The notes below the pieces were generated by a model. It worked only from the letters and a program-made list of their open reading frames with translations. It searched no databases and was not told the DNA's origin. Position numbers and translations under genes: made by a program. This document shows, piece by piece, positions 1 through 9,120 of a stretch of DNA of 64,000 bases (position 1 is its first letter; every line of letters begins with the position of its first letter). The stretch is from Clostridia bacterium (GTDB taxonomy: Bacteria; Bacillota; Clostridia; TANB77; UBA1234). The DNA is taken from NCBI GenBank assembly GCA_900753975.1, contig CAAEBC010000038.1, positions 268 to 64,267 on the forward strand, in the 5' to 3' direction.

Positions 1-690
1 CAATACGTAAACTATGTTTGCATGACACAATATGATGAAACAATTCCAAATGTTGAGATTGCATTTAAGCCTACGAAAATAGAAAATACTTTTGGTGAGT
101 ATATTAGTAAACTTGGATATAGTCAATTAAGAATCGCCGAGACTGAAAAGTATGCACACGTAACGTTTTTCTTTAATGGTGGTAACGAAGTTGAATATGA
201 TAAAGAAGACAGAATATTAGTAAATTCACCTAAAGTTGCAACTTATGATTTAAAGCCAGAAATGAGTGCTTACGAAGTTACAGACAAAGTTGTAGATGTA
301 ATCCGAAAATCTATGTATGATGTAATTATACTAAATTTTGCAAACTGTGATATGGTAGGACATACAGGAGTTTTAGATGCAGCTGTTAAGGCTGTTGAAA
401 CTGTAGATGAATGTATTGGTAGAATTGTTGAAGAAGTAAGACGAGTAGATGGTGTGATTTTAATAACAGCTGACCATGGAAATGCAGAACAAATGATAGA
501 TTACACAACTGGTGATCCTCACACAGCACACACAACAAATCCAGTTCCACTTATAATTGCTGGACTTGGAGATGATGTTAATTTACGTGATGGTGGAAGA
601 CTTGCAGATTTAGCACCAACAATGTTAGATATAATGGGCGAAGCAAAACCGGTTGAAATGACAGGCGAATCGCTAATAATAAAAGAATAG
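1..690 (+). CDS. gpmI: 2,3-bisphosphoglycerate-independent phosphoglycerate mutase, C-terminal part (5' end lies outside the window)
   Basis: The frame is open from nt 1. The translation ([14 protein letters not shown]..., [20 protein letters not shown]) matches the conserved C-terminal region of iPGM. A hairpin terminator follows. Confidence 0.9.
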   Translation, partial: QYVNYVCMTQYDETIPNVEIAFKPTKIENTFGEYISKLGYSQLRIAETEKYAHVTFFFNGGNEVEYDKEDRILVNSPKVATYDLKPEMSAYEVTDKVVDVIRKSMYDVIILNFANCDMVGHTGVLDAAVKAVETVDECIGRIVEEVRRVDGVILITADHGNAEQMIDYTTGDPHTAHTTNPVPLIIAGLGDDVNLRDGGRLADLAPTMLDIMGEAKPVEMTGESLIIKE

Positions 691-698
691 GAAATGTA

Positions 699-735
699 AG
701 TCTAGAATTCTTTTATGGGTTCTAGGCTTTTTATT
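699..735 (+). terminator. Rho-independent terminator after gpmI
   Basis: Stem AGTCTAGAA/TTCTAGGCT (one G-U pair) followed by a T-run. Confidence 0.6.
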
Positions 736-845
736 AGAGAAAATTATGCACAATTTGACATATTTGTAAAAATACTGTAAAATATTGGTATATGAAAATA
801 TTTTGAAAGTACGGAAGATGTGGTTAAATAAAGGGGTTGAAGCTT

Positions 846-2795
846 ATGAGGAAAGTATTAATAGCTTTGTTGTGTGTGATGTGTGTGTGCATAATAGTGG
901 GGTGCCAGAAAAAAGAAGTAATAAATTCGGAGAATATTTCTGGTGAGTCAGATGAAAAAGTAAGTGGCGAAAGCGATTTGAAGGATGCTTCTGGTATTTT
1001 AAGTGGAGATGAAACTAATATTGATAATAACGAAAAAAATGTACTCAAAGATAATGAACATATTTTTCCTAATGATGTAACAAAAGAAAATGTGGTTAGT
1101 TATGAAGAATTGATGGATAAATGGGACAGAAAAGCAATTATTGAAATTAATTTTATAGATATTAATATGCAAGAATTTGATAAAGAGTATGATCAAAAAG
1201 CATATGTGTCATTTAATAATAAAGATACTGTGATTGCTTATTTAGCAAATATAAGTGGAAAAAACATTATTTATTTTGTATCGGATGGATCAATTAAACT
1301 GTTAAGTGGCAATAGTATGTTTAAAAACTTTGAAAATTGTGAACAGATTAATGGAATTGAATTGTTAGATACATCAGATGTAATTGACATGGCTGGTATG
1401 TTTTATAATTGTAGAAAACTAAAAAGTTTGAATTTAAGTAGTTTTGATACAAGAAATGTAATTCAAATGGGGTCTATGTTTTTTTTGTGTAATGATTTAA
1501 TGAATATAAATTTAAATAGTTTTGATACAAGTAATGTAAAATATACTGAATATATGTTTGGGTCTTGTAGCAGTTTGACAAATTTAGATGTAAGCAGGTT
1601 TAATACAAGTAATGTTGTTAATATGAATGGTATGTTTGATTGGTGCAAAAGGTTAACCAATCTAGATGTAAGAAACTTTGATACAAGTAATGTTACGAAT
1701 ATGTGGTATATGTTTAACGGTTGTAGCAATTTAACAAATTTAGATGTAAGTGGATTTAATACAAGTAATGTTGTTAATATGAATGATATGTTTGCTTCGT
1801 GTAGCAGTTTAACAAACTTAGATGTAAGGAACTTCGATACAAGCAAAGTAATATCTATGAATGGTATGTTTGATTCATGTAGTAGTTTAATAAATTTGAA
1901 CGTAAGTAATTTTAATACAAGTAGAGTGGAACATATGGGATATATGTTTAAAAATTGTAGCAGTTTAACAAATCTAGATGTAAGAAATTTTGATACAAGC
2001 CATGTAAGAGGTATGAATAATATGTTTGCTTCATGTAGTAGTTTAACATATTTAGATTTAAGCAATTTTGATACAAGTAAAGTAACAGATATGAGTGAAA
2101 TGTTTTTGGAGTGCCGAAATTTAAAAGACTTAGATTTAAGTAATTTTAATACAACTAATGTAACAAAAATAAATGATATGTTTAAGGAGTGTACTAATTT
2201 AGAAGTATTGCAATATTACTATTTAAGTGAAGAAATAATTTCTTGGTATGATTTAAATTATTTGACTAGATATGAGTTAGAATTGGTGAAATATGAGATT
2301 TACGCAAGAAATGGTTGTGAAATAGATGATAAAGTTTTAGCACAATATTTTATGAGCAAAGATTGGTATAAGCCTATATCGGGTAAGAAAGTAGCTATTT
2401 CAGAATTAAATGAAATAGAGCAAGCAAATGTAGAACTAATAGACGAAAAAATAGTAATGAAAAAAGATTTTAATCGAGATATAAAGTTAAATAGAACTCC
2501 TATATTTGATATGCCAGATTATTTTGAGATAAGGCTTGATGGCATTGATATTGGAATAAAGATTGGAAAGAGAATATTTACTCTAACTAATTTAAAGAAT
2601 GGCAATTCAGTTGAAAAAAATACCGATAATGTTTGGTATTTAGATACATTTGAGGATAAATATTTAATGCTTGTTGGTGGACCTACTTCTGAATCTTCAG
2701 ATATTGAAATATTAGATACCAATTTAATCTCAAAAATAAGTGCTCCTATCTATGGTGATATGTATAAAGTAGTTAATGATAAAATTGAATTATAA
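846..2795 (+). CDS. Surface lipoprotein with about 13 BspA/DUF285-type leucine-rich repeats and a C-terminal YARHG-like domain
   Basis: AAAGGGG RBS 9 nt before the ATG at 846. Signal peptide with a lipobox-like IIVGC. Repeats of about 24 aa of the form NLDVSxFNTSNVxNMxxMFxxCSSLT. YARHG-like segment YELELVKYEIYARNGCEIDD...WYKP. Confidence 0.8.
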   Translation: MRKVLIALLCVMCVCIIVGCQKKEVINSENISGESDEKVSGESDLKDASGILSGDETNIDNNEKNVLKDNEHIFPNDVTKENVVSYEELMDKWDRKAIIEINFIDINMQEFDKEYDQKAYVSFNNKDTVIAYLANISGKNIIYFVSDGSIKLLSGNSMFKNFENCEQINGIELLDTSDVIDMAGMFYNCRKLKSLNLSSFDTRNVIQMGSMFFLCNDLMNINLNSFDTSNVKYTEYMFGSCSSLTNLDVSRFNTSNVVNMNGMFDWCKRLTNLDVRNFDTSNVTNMWYMFNGCSNLTNLDVSGFNTSNVVNMNDMFASCSSLTNLDVRNFDTSKVISMNGMFDSCSSLINLNVSNFNTSRVEHMGYMFKNCSSLTNLDVRNFDTSHVRGMNNMFASCSSLTYLDLSNFDTSKVTDMSEMFLECRNLKDLDLSNFNTTNVTKINDMFKECTNLEVLQYYYLSEEIISWYDLNYLTRYELELVKYEIYARNGCEIDDKVLAQYFMSKDWYKPISGKKVAISELNEIEQANVELIDEKIVMKKDFNRDIKLNRTPIFDMPDYFEIRLDGIDIGIKIGKRIFTLTNLKNGNSVEKNTDNVWYLDTFEDKYLMLVGGPTSESSDIEILDTNLISKISAPIYGDMYKVVNDKIEL

Positions 2796-2989
2796 CATTA
2801 TCAATGGGTACTTCCAGAAGAAATATCTGAGGATGATCCACATTATCCTCTTACTCCTATGTATAGAGTAGACTACGAAATTGTAAAAGATGGTAATGAG
2901 TTCAAATTAAATAAGATAAAAGAAGACAGAAATGACATAAAATATAGTGCTGGTACATATTAGAAATATTTATACATTGTTGTATACAT

Positions 2990-3029
2990 GAGTGGGAATA
3001 TAATTAAATTTATTCTCACTCTTTTTTTA
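2990..3029 (+). terminator. Rho-independent terminator
   Basis: Stem GAGTGGGAATA/TATTCTCACTC (one G-U pair) followed by T7. Confidence 0.65.
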
Positions 3030-3045
3030 TTTCTCGAAAATTCCA

Positions 3046-3074
3046 TTGATAAATTTTCGTATTTCCTATATAAT
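3046..3074 (+). promoter_or_regulatory. Sigma-A-type promoter of the NifU-like/GGGtGRT operon
   Basis: TTGATA, 17-nt spacer, TATAAT. Confidence 0.55.
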
Positions 3075-3155
3075 TCTATATGCGAAACGAATTTTGTTGA
3101 AATTTGGAAAATTGTCGTTTTCTAAGGAGACAAATTTGAAGAAGGAGGAAGTAAA

Positions 3156-3848
3156 ATGATATATTCAAAAGAAGTAGAAGAGATGTGTCCAGTAACGAAA
3201 GGCGTTAATCATGGACCAGCACCAATTCCAGAAGAGGGAAAATGGGTTAAAGCTAAAGAAATTAAAGATATTTCTGGTTTGACTCATGGTGTGGGCTGGT
3301 GTGCTCCACAACAAGGTGCTTGTAAACTAACTTTAAATGTTAAAGATGGAATTATTCAAGAAGCTCTTATTGAGACTATTGGTTGTAGTGGTATGACTCA
3401 TTCAGCAGCTATGGCAGCTGAGATTTTAACAGGTAAGACTATTTTAGAGGCTTTAAATACAGACCTTGTTTGTGATGCAATAAATACTGCAATGAGAGAA
3501 TTATTCTTACAAATTGTTTATGGTAGAACTCAAACAGCTTTCTCAGAGGGTGGATTACCTATAGGTGCAGGACTTGAAGATTTAGGTAAAGGTTTAAGAA
3601 GCCAAGTTGGTACTATGTATTCAACTTTAGACAAAGGTCCTAGATACTTGGAACTAGCTGAGGGATATGTCACAGAGATTGGTTTAGATGAAAATGGTGA
3701 AATTATAGGATATAAATTTGTACATGTTGGCAAAATGATGGACTTCATTAAAAAAGGTGTTGATCCTAAAGAAGCTATCGAAAAGGCTAGTGGTAAATAT
3801 GGAAGAATTGACGAGGCTGTTAAGAGAATAGATCCTCGTAAAGAATAA
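3156..3848 (+). CDS. IscU/NifU-like scaffold-fold protein (the partner usually found with GGGtGRT proteins)
   Basis: GGAGG RBS. The segment GVGWCAPQQGACKLTLNVKDGIIQEALIETIGCSGMTHSAAMAAEILTGKTILEA resembles the Cys-containing core of IscU. Confidence 0.65.
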   Translation: MIYSKEVEEMCPVTKGVNHGPAPIPEEGKWVKAKEIKDISGLTHGVGWCAPQQGACKLTLNVKDGIIQEALIETIGCSGMTHSAAMAAEILTGKTILEALNTDLVCDAINTAMRELFLQIVYGRTQTAFSEGGLPIGAGLEDLGKGLRSQVGTMYSTLDKGPRYLELAEGYVTEIGLDENGEIIGYKFVHVGKMMDFIKKGVDPKEAIEKASGKYGRIDEAVKRIDPRKE

Positions 3849-3875
3849 TATGAGAAAGTAGGAAGGTGAAAAAAT

Positions 3876-4874
3876 ATGAGTTTGTTTGAAGGCTATGAAA
3901 GAAGAATTGATCAAATCAATGAAGTTCTAGAAAAATATGGTATTGAGTCTTTAGAAGAGGCTAAAAAAATGTGTGAAGATAAAGGCATAAATGTTTTCGA
4001 AATCGTAAGAGGTATTCAACCAATTTGTTTTGAAAATGCATGCTGGGCATACACTTTAGGTGCTGCAATAGCTATAAGAAAAGATATTAAACTTGCAAGC
4101 TATGCTGCACAAGCTATTGGTGAAGGATTACAAGCTTTTTGTATTCCTGGAAGTGTTGCTGATGATAGAAAAGTTGGTCTTGGACATGGTAATTTGGCAT
4201 CTATGCTTTTAAGAGAAGAAACAAAATGCTTTGCATTTTTAGCAGGTCACGAATCTTTTGCTGCTGCTGAAGGTGCTATAGGTATTGCAAATTCTGCTAA
4301 TAAAGTAAGAAAAGAGCCACTAAAAGTTATCTTAAATGGTTTAGGAAAAGATGCTGCTCAAATTATTTCAAGAGTAAATGGTTTTACTTATGTTCAAACT
4401 AAGTTTGATTATTTTACAGGTAAATTAGAAGTTGTTAAAGAAGTTGCTTATTCAAAAGGAGAAAGAGCAAAGGTTAGATGTTATGGTGCGGACGACGTTA
4501 GAGAAGGTGTTGCAATAATGCATTATGAAGATGTTGACGTTTCTATAACAGGTAACTCAACTAACCCAACAAGATTCCAACACCCTGTTGCTGGAACATA
4601 TAAGAAAGAATGTTTAGACAAGATGAAACGTTATTTTTCAGTTGCTTCTGGTGGTGGAACAGGTAGAACTCTTCACCCAGATAATATGGCAGCTGGTCCT
4701 GCTTCTTATGGTATGACTGATACTATGGGAAGAATGCACTCTGATGCTCAATTTGCTGGTTCTTCATCGGTTCCTGCACACGTTGAGATGATGGGATTGA
4801 TTGGTATGGGTAATAACCCTATGGTTGGCGCCACAGTGGCTGTAGCAGTGGCTGTCGAAGAGGCTATGAAATAG
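3876..4874 (+). CDS. GGGtGRT family protein (function unknown)
   Basis: Contains the family signature SGGGTGRTLHPDN. RBS GGAAGGTG. Lies 27 nt downstream of the NifU-like gene. Confidence 0.85.
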   Translation: MSLFEGYERRIDQINEVLEKYGIESLEEAKKMCEDKGINVFEIVRGIQPICFENACWAYTLGAAIAIRKDIKLASYAAQAIGEGLQAFCIPGSVADDRKVGLGHGNLASMLLREETKCFAFLAGHESFAAAEGAIGIANSANKVRKEPLKVILNGLGKDAAQIISRVNGFTYVQTKFDYFTGKLEVVKEVAYSKGERAKVRCYGADDVREGVAIMHYEDVDVSITGNSTNPTRFQHPVAGTYKKECLDKMKRYFSVASGGGTGRTLHPDNMAAGPASYGMTDTMGRMHSDAQFAGSSSVPAHVEMMGLIGMGNNPMVGATVAVAVAVEEAMK

Positions 4875-4877
4875 ATG

Positions 4878-4906
4878 TTGACATTTTATGTAAAGTGTGG
4901 TACTAT
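4878..4906 (+). promoter_or_regulatory. Sigma-A-type promoter for paralog A
   Basis: TTGACA, 17-nt spacer TTTTATGTAAAGTGTGG, TACTAT. Confidence 0.55.
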
Positions 4907-4950
4907 TAGTTGTGTTGAATTCTGAAAATTTTTGATTGGAGGGCATTAAT

Positions 4951-5358
4951 ATGTACTACGATAATACGTCTGCATGGGCACCTACTTCGCGTCGTGGAAT
5001 TACAGAAGCTACGATAACTGAGCAGTATTTGGCAAAACATCCAGAAATTCAGCAAATGATTAAGGGCTGTCAAGAAGAGATGGAGAGGTTGCTGGCAAAC
5101 TATGATCGTGTGCTGGGAATCGAAGAAAGGTTGAAGGCTAAGACGCTAAATACCTTTATAAGGGAACCTATGGATTATAGGCGGAGCTTTATGGTTAATG
5201 TGGTTTTTTCGTCTTATCATGTGTGGGACGAAAGCCACAAAAAGTATCCCGAAATGCTAAAGCTAATTGCAGAATACAATCCGGAATATTTGCGTCAGGC
5301 GATAGCTGACCATGACCGGAAACTTAAGGTTTGTAAAGTAGAGGTGTATCATATTTGA
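4951..5358 (+). CDS. Hypothetical protein, paralog A (135 aa, predicted helical, no family recognised)
   Basis: TTGGAGGG RBS 7 nt before the ATG at 4951. Has its own promoter and terminator. Clearly homologous to the ORF at 5584-5997 (shared LNTFIREP..Y..SFMVN, KYP..L.L, ADH..KL..CKV). Confidence 0.75.
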   Translation: MYYDNTSAWAPTSRRGITEATITEQYLAKHPEIQQMIKGCQEEMERLLANYDRVLGIEERLKAKTLNTFIREPMDYRRSFMVNVVFSSYHVWDESHKKYPEMLKLIAEYNPEYLRQAIADHDRKLKVCKVEVYHI

Positions 5359-5402
5359 TGATGCTTGGTTTACATCTTATTAAAAAATAGTTTGTTTTTT
5401 GG

Positions 5403-5435
5403 GCTGTTAACAATGTTGTTAGCAGTCTTTTTTTA
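5403..5435 (+). terminator. Rho-independent terminator after paralog A
   Basis: Stem CTGTTAACA/TGTTAGCAG (one G-U pair) followed by TCTTTTTTT. Confidence 0.6.
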
Positions 5436-5508
5436 TAGTGTTTATTCATAAAATATTGTGAAATTAGAAAATAATAGAATATATTTGCAATGAATTTTCT
5501 TATAGCCA

Positions 5509-5537
5509 TTGATTAATTATGTAAATCGTGGTATCAT
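5509..5537 (+). promoter_or_regulatory. Sigma-A-type promoter for paralog B
   Basis: TTGATT, 17-nt spacer AATTATGTAAATCGTGG, TATCAT. The spacer resembles that of the paralog A promoter. Confidence 0.5.
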
Positions 5538-5583
5538 ATTATTGTTGGTAAATACTTGCTAGAAGAATAAGGAGGAACTTAGA

Positions 5584-5997
5584 GTGATTAGAGATTACAC
5601 TAGTGCATTTTGCCTGCCGAGCGCCCAGAAGGCGATGATTGAAGCTTCGATGACTGAAACCTATTTGGCTCATCATCCGAATGTTCGACAGTCAATTTGC
5701 GAAACGCAACGGCTCATGGACGATTTGGTAAAAACGTATCAGGAAGTTCTTGGTACAGAAGGGAGCATTAAGGCGAAATGCCTTAACACATTCATCCGTG
5801 AACCACAGGAATACAAGAGTTCCTTTATGGTCAACGCATTAATGATGTGTTATCGGGTATTCGACAAGACTCATGCGAAGTATCCCAGGCTGCTGGAACT
5901 TGTTAGTGAAAACGATCCAGATTGGCTGAAAGCAATTAAAGCCGACCATGAGGCGAAACTTGCAAGATGCAAAGTTCCAATCGTAGAGATTAATTAA
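5584..5997 (+). CDS. Hypothetical protein, paralog B (137 aa)
   Basis: AAGGAGG RBS before the GTG at 5584. Paralogous to 4951-5358. G+C-rich relative to its neighbours (31 G+C in nt 5601-5660). Confidence 0.75.
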   Translation: MIRDYTSAFCLPSAQKAMIEASMTETYLAHHPNVRQSICETQRLMDDLVKTYQEVLGTEGSIKAKCLNTFIREPQEYKSSFMVNALMMCYRVFDKTHAKYPRLLELVSENDPDWLKAIKADHEAKLARCKVPIVEIN

Positions 5998-6008
5998 TTT
6001 CAACTTAA

Positions 6009-6046
6009 AAAGTGCTGTTAGACTTGTTTCTGACAGCACTTTTTTC
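6009..6046 (+). terminator. Rho-independent terminator after paralog B
   Basis: Stem AGTGCTGT/ACAGCACT followed by T6. Confidence 0.6.
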
Positions 6047-6093
6047 GTATTATTTGTTAATTTGTGGATATAATATCGTTTGAGGTGAAATAT

Positions 6094-7353
6094 ATGATTA
6101 GACGAATTGAAATAGAAAGTGTTTTGGCTAGAGAAGTTCTAGATTCAAGAGGAAATCCAACTGTTGAGGTGGAAGTTAAAACTGAGAAGAATGGTTTTGG
6201 GAGAGCGATTGTACCATCAGGTGCTTCTACTGGAAGTAGTGAAGCTGTGGAGCTTAGAGATAAGGATAAAAAGAGATATGATGGCAAAGGTGTTCTAGAA
6301 GCAGTTAACAATGTGAATAGGTTAATTAGTAAAGAACTAATTGGCATGAATGTTTTAGAACAAACGAAAATCGATAATTATCTAAATTATATGGATGGCA
6401 CGAAAAATAAGTCGAGCTTGGGAGCAAACAGCATTTTAGGGGTATCTATGGCTGTCTCGAGAGCTGCTGCTGATAGTCTCAAGATTCCACTTTATATGTA
6501 TTTAGGCGGTGTATCTGGAAGCCATTTGCCAATACCGATGATGAATATTTTAAATGGTGGAAAGCATTCGGACAATAATGTTAATATTCAAGAGTTTATG
6601 ATTGTTCCAAAGGATATTGATTTATTTTCTGAAAGACTTAGGATGTGTGTTGAAGTTTATAAGGAATTGAAGAAGATTTTGCGAAAAGATGGGCTTTCAA
6701 CAGGTGTTGGAGATGAGGGAGGATTTGCTCCAAATTTGAAAAGTGATGAAGAAGCTATTAGTTATATTATGAAAGCTATAGAGAGTGTAGGCTATTTGGA
6801 TAATTTCAATATTGCTTTAGATGTGGCTGCCAGCGAGATGTACAAAAATGGAAAATATGAGTTTTGGAAAACTGGCGAAGTTAAAGAAGTTGATGAAATG
6901 ATTGATTATTATAGGGAACTTATTTCTAAGTACCCAATAATTTCGATAGAAGACGGATTAGCTGAAGAAGATTGGAGTGGATGGAAAAAGCTTACGAATG
7001 AGCTTGGCGAAAAGATTTATTTAGTTGGTGACGATTTGTTTACTACAAATACGGAAAGATTACTAAAAGGAATAAGAGAAGAGACTGCAAATAGTATTTT
7101 AATTAAGCCTAATCAAATTGGTACTGTTACAGAGACTATTGAAACTATAAAGATGGCAAAAGCGAATGGATATATGCCTATAATGTCGCATCGTTCGGGC
7201 GAAACAGAGGATACGTTTATATCTGATTTTGCTGTAGGACTTAATTTGAAATATATTAAAACAGGAGCACCTTGCAGAAGTGAACGTGTAGCGAAATATA
7301 ATGAACTTTTGAGGATTGAAGAAAATCTTAGAAATGTGTTTGAAGAGATGTAA
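6094..7353 (+). CDS. eno: Enolase (phosphopyruvate hydratase)
   Basis: GAGGTG RBS before the ATG at 6094. The translation [22 protein letters not shown]..., [17 protein letters not shown] is canonical enolase. Confidence 0.95.
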   Translation: MIRRIEIESVLAREVLDSRGNPTVEVEVKTEKNGFGRAIVPSGASTGSSEAVELRDKDKKRYDGKGVLEAVNNVNRLISKELIGMNVLEQTKIDNYLNYMDGTKNKSSLGANSILGVSMAVSRAAADSLKIPLYMYLGGVSGSHLPIPMMNILNGGKHSDNNVNIQEFMIVPKDIDLFSERLRMCVEVYKELKKILRKDGLSTGVGDEGGFAPNLKSDEEAISYIMKAIESVGYLDNFNIALDVAASEMYKNGKYEFWKTGEVKEVDEMIDYYRELISKYPIISIEDGLAEEDWSGWKKLTNELGEKIYLVGDDLFTTNTERLLKGIREETANSILIKPNQIGTVTETIETIKMAKANGYMPIMSHRSGETEDTFISDFAVGLNLKYIKTGAPCRSERVAKYNELLRIEENLRNVFEEM

Positions 7354-7446
7354 CAAAACTTTTCATCTCTCAAGGATTAACTTGCAAATTTTGTTAAAAA
7401 GCTGTAATATATATGTATTGTATATGAAAGATGGAGGTTTTTGTAT

Positions 7447-9120
7447 ATGGCGGAATTGCATTTTAAGGATTTGAGAGATATGCTTTCTCAAACAGAGAAA
7501 AAATACTCTGATGAAATTGCTTTTAAAATGAAATATAGAAATGAAGTTGTGGGTATAAAATACTCGAAATTTATAGAGGATATTAAGTGCTTAGGCTCTT
7601 ATTTCACAACATTAAATTTAGAAAATAAAAGAATAGGTATTTTCTCAGAAAATAGATACGAGTGGAATGTATCATATTTGGCTACGGCAACTTCTAATAT
7701 GGTTGTTGTTCCAATAGATAAGGCACTTCCAGAAAACGAGTTCTTATCTTTGGTTCAAAGAGCTCAAGTAGAGGTTTTGATATATGATAAAAAACATTCG
7801 CCATTTGTGCAAAAATTGGTTGAAAGTTCGAATTCACCTGTTAAATATTATATTGGTATGGATGATGACTTTAATCAAAAAATTGACGAAGGTAGAATTA
7901 TTTTAGGAAGAAAAGATAATAAATATAATAAAATTAAAATAGAAAATGATAAGCCAAAGTTTATGCTTTTCACATCTGGTACTACATCTACATCTAAATG
8001 TGTACTTCTTTCACACAGAAATATTTGTAGTAACATCGAAGGAATTGCAGACGCCTTGGACGTAACTAAAGATGATACACTTTTATCTTTTTTACCTGCA
8101 CATCACACTTTTGAATGTACTGCTGGATTTTTATATCCAGTATCTGTTGGTGCTAAAATTGCTTTTTGTGAAGGTTTAAGACACATGGTTGATAACATGA
8201 AAGATTTTGAAGTTTCAGCTATGATAAGTGTGCCACTTCTTTATGAGGGCATCTACAAAAAGCTTTGGAAACAAATTGTTAAATCTAAAAAAGAAAAGCA
8301 AGTAAAAGTTGCTTTAAAGGCAAGCGAGGCATTATTAAAAGTTGGTGTAGATATGAGAATGCAACTTTTTAAACAAGTTCATGAAGCTCTTGGTGGAAAA
8401 ATGAGGCTTTTAGTAAGTGGTGCTGCTGCAATTACGCCAGAAGTTGCCAAAGGGTACAATGACTTTGGTTTCACAATGTATCAAGGATACGGATTAACTG
8501 AAACGTCACCTGTTGTTGCTGTTGAAAAAGTTGATCATGTAAAAAACGGTTCTGTTGGTGTGCCTCTTAAGAAAATTGAAGTTAAAATCGATGAACCAGA
8601 TGATACTGGAATAGGCGAGATAATGGTAAAAGGTCCGTCTGTTATGCTTGGATATTATAATGATGAAAAAGCAACAAATAAAGTTTTAGAACATGGTTGG
8701 TTTAGAACAGGCGATTTAGGTAGAATAGATGAGGGCGGATACATTTTCATAACAGGAAGAAAGAAAGATGTAATTGTCTTAAAAAATGGTAAAAATGTAT
8801 TTCCAGATGAGCTAGAAATTTTAGTTAATAAACTTCCTTGCGTTAAAGAATCTTTAGTTTACGGCTATACACTAGAAGACGGAGACGTCGAAATAAGAGC
8901 GAAAATTGTTTATGATAAAGATGAATTTGTACAAGAAATAGGCATTATGCAAGATGAAGAAATGTATGAAATGTATATGAAAAAAATAAAAGAATTAAAT
9001 AAGAAAATGCCTACGTATAAATATATAAGAAATCTTATCATTACAGATGAACCACTTATAAAGACGACTACAAATAAAGTTAAAAGGCAAGAGGAACTAA
9101 AGAAAATATTAGGCAAATAA
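7447..9120 (+). CDS. AMP-binding long-chain fatty acid--CoA ligase-like enzyme
   Basis: Motifs FTSGTTSTSKCVLLSH, GYGLTETSP, TGDLGRIDEGGYIFITGRKKD. GGAGG RBS before the ATG at 7447. Confidence 0.85.
   Translation: MAELHFKDLRDMLSQTEKKYSDEIAFKMKYRNEVVGIKYSKFIEDIKCLGSYFTTLNLENKRIGIFSENRYEWNVSYLATATSNMVVVPIDKALPENEFLSLVQRAQVEVLIYDKKHSPFVQKLVESSNSPVKYYIGMDDDFNQKIDEGRIILGRKDNKYNKIKIENDKPKFMLFTSGTTSTSKCVLLSHRNICSNIEGIADALDVTKDDTLLSFLPAHHTFECTAGFLYPVSVGAKIAFCEGLRHMVDNMKDFEVSAMISVPLLYEGIYKKLWKQIVKSKKEKQVKVALKASEALLKVGVDMRMQLFKQVHEALGGKMRLLVSGAAAITPEVAKGYNDFGFTMYQGYGLTETSPVVAVEKVDHVKNGSVGVPLKKIEVKIDEPDDTGIGEIMVKGPSVMLGYYNDEKATNKVLEHGWFRTGDLGRIDEGGYIFITGRKKDVIVLKNGKNVFPDELEILVNKLPCVKESLVYGYTLEDGDVEIRAKIVYDKDEFVQEIGIMQDEEMYEMYMKKIKELNKKMPTYKYIRNLIITDEPLIKTTTNKVKRQEELKKILGK

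Noticed and set aside
868-892. TG-rich tract (TGTGTGTGATGTGTGTGTG) as a possible phase-variation microsatellite.
   Set aside because: The tract is interrupted and has only 4-5 units per run. It encodes the Cys/Val-rich signal peptide. It is too short to call a contingency locus.
1463-2065. 200-aa ORF on the minus strand inside the LRR lipoprotein gene. Similar antisense ORFs occur at 824-1048, 999-1196 and 2519-2722.
   Set aside because: It lies entirely antisense to a gene with a clear repeat/domain architecture. Its periodic sequence (FVKLL, TLLVSKFLTS) simply mirrors the LRR repeats. It has no RBS.
1380-2200. Regularly spaced DNA repeats of about 72 nt that could superficially resemble a CRISPR array.
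   Set aside because: The repeats are imperfect, contiguous (no unique spacers) and in-frame, encoding the 24-aa LRR units. No cas genes are present in the window.
4884-4906. Whether the TGTAAA-containing promoter spacers are CcpA cre sites (TGWAANCGNTNWCA), or WalR sites with a second half-site.
   Set aside because: Aligning all three spacers to the cre consensus fails at the central CG positions. The would-be second WalR half-site coincides with the -10 hexamers (GTACTA, GTATCA, CTATAA) and does not fit TGTWAH.
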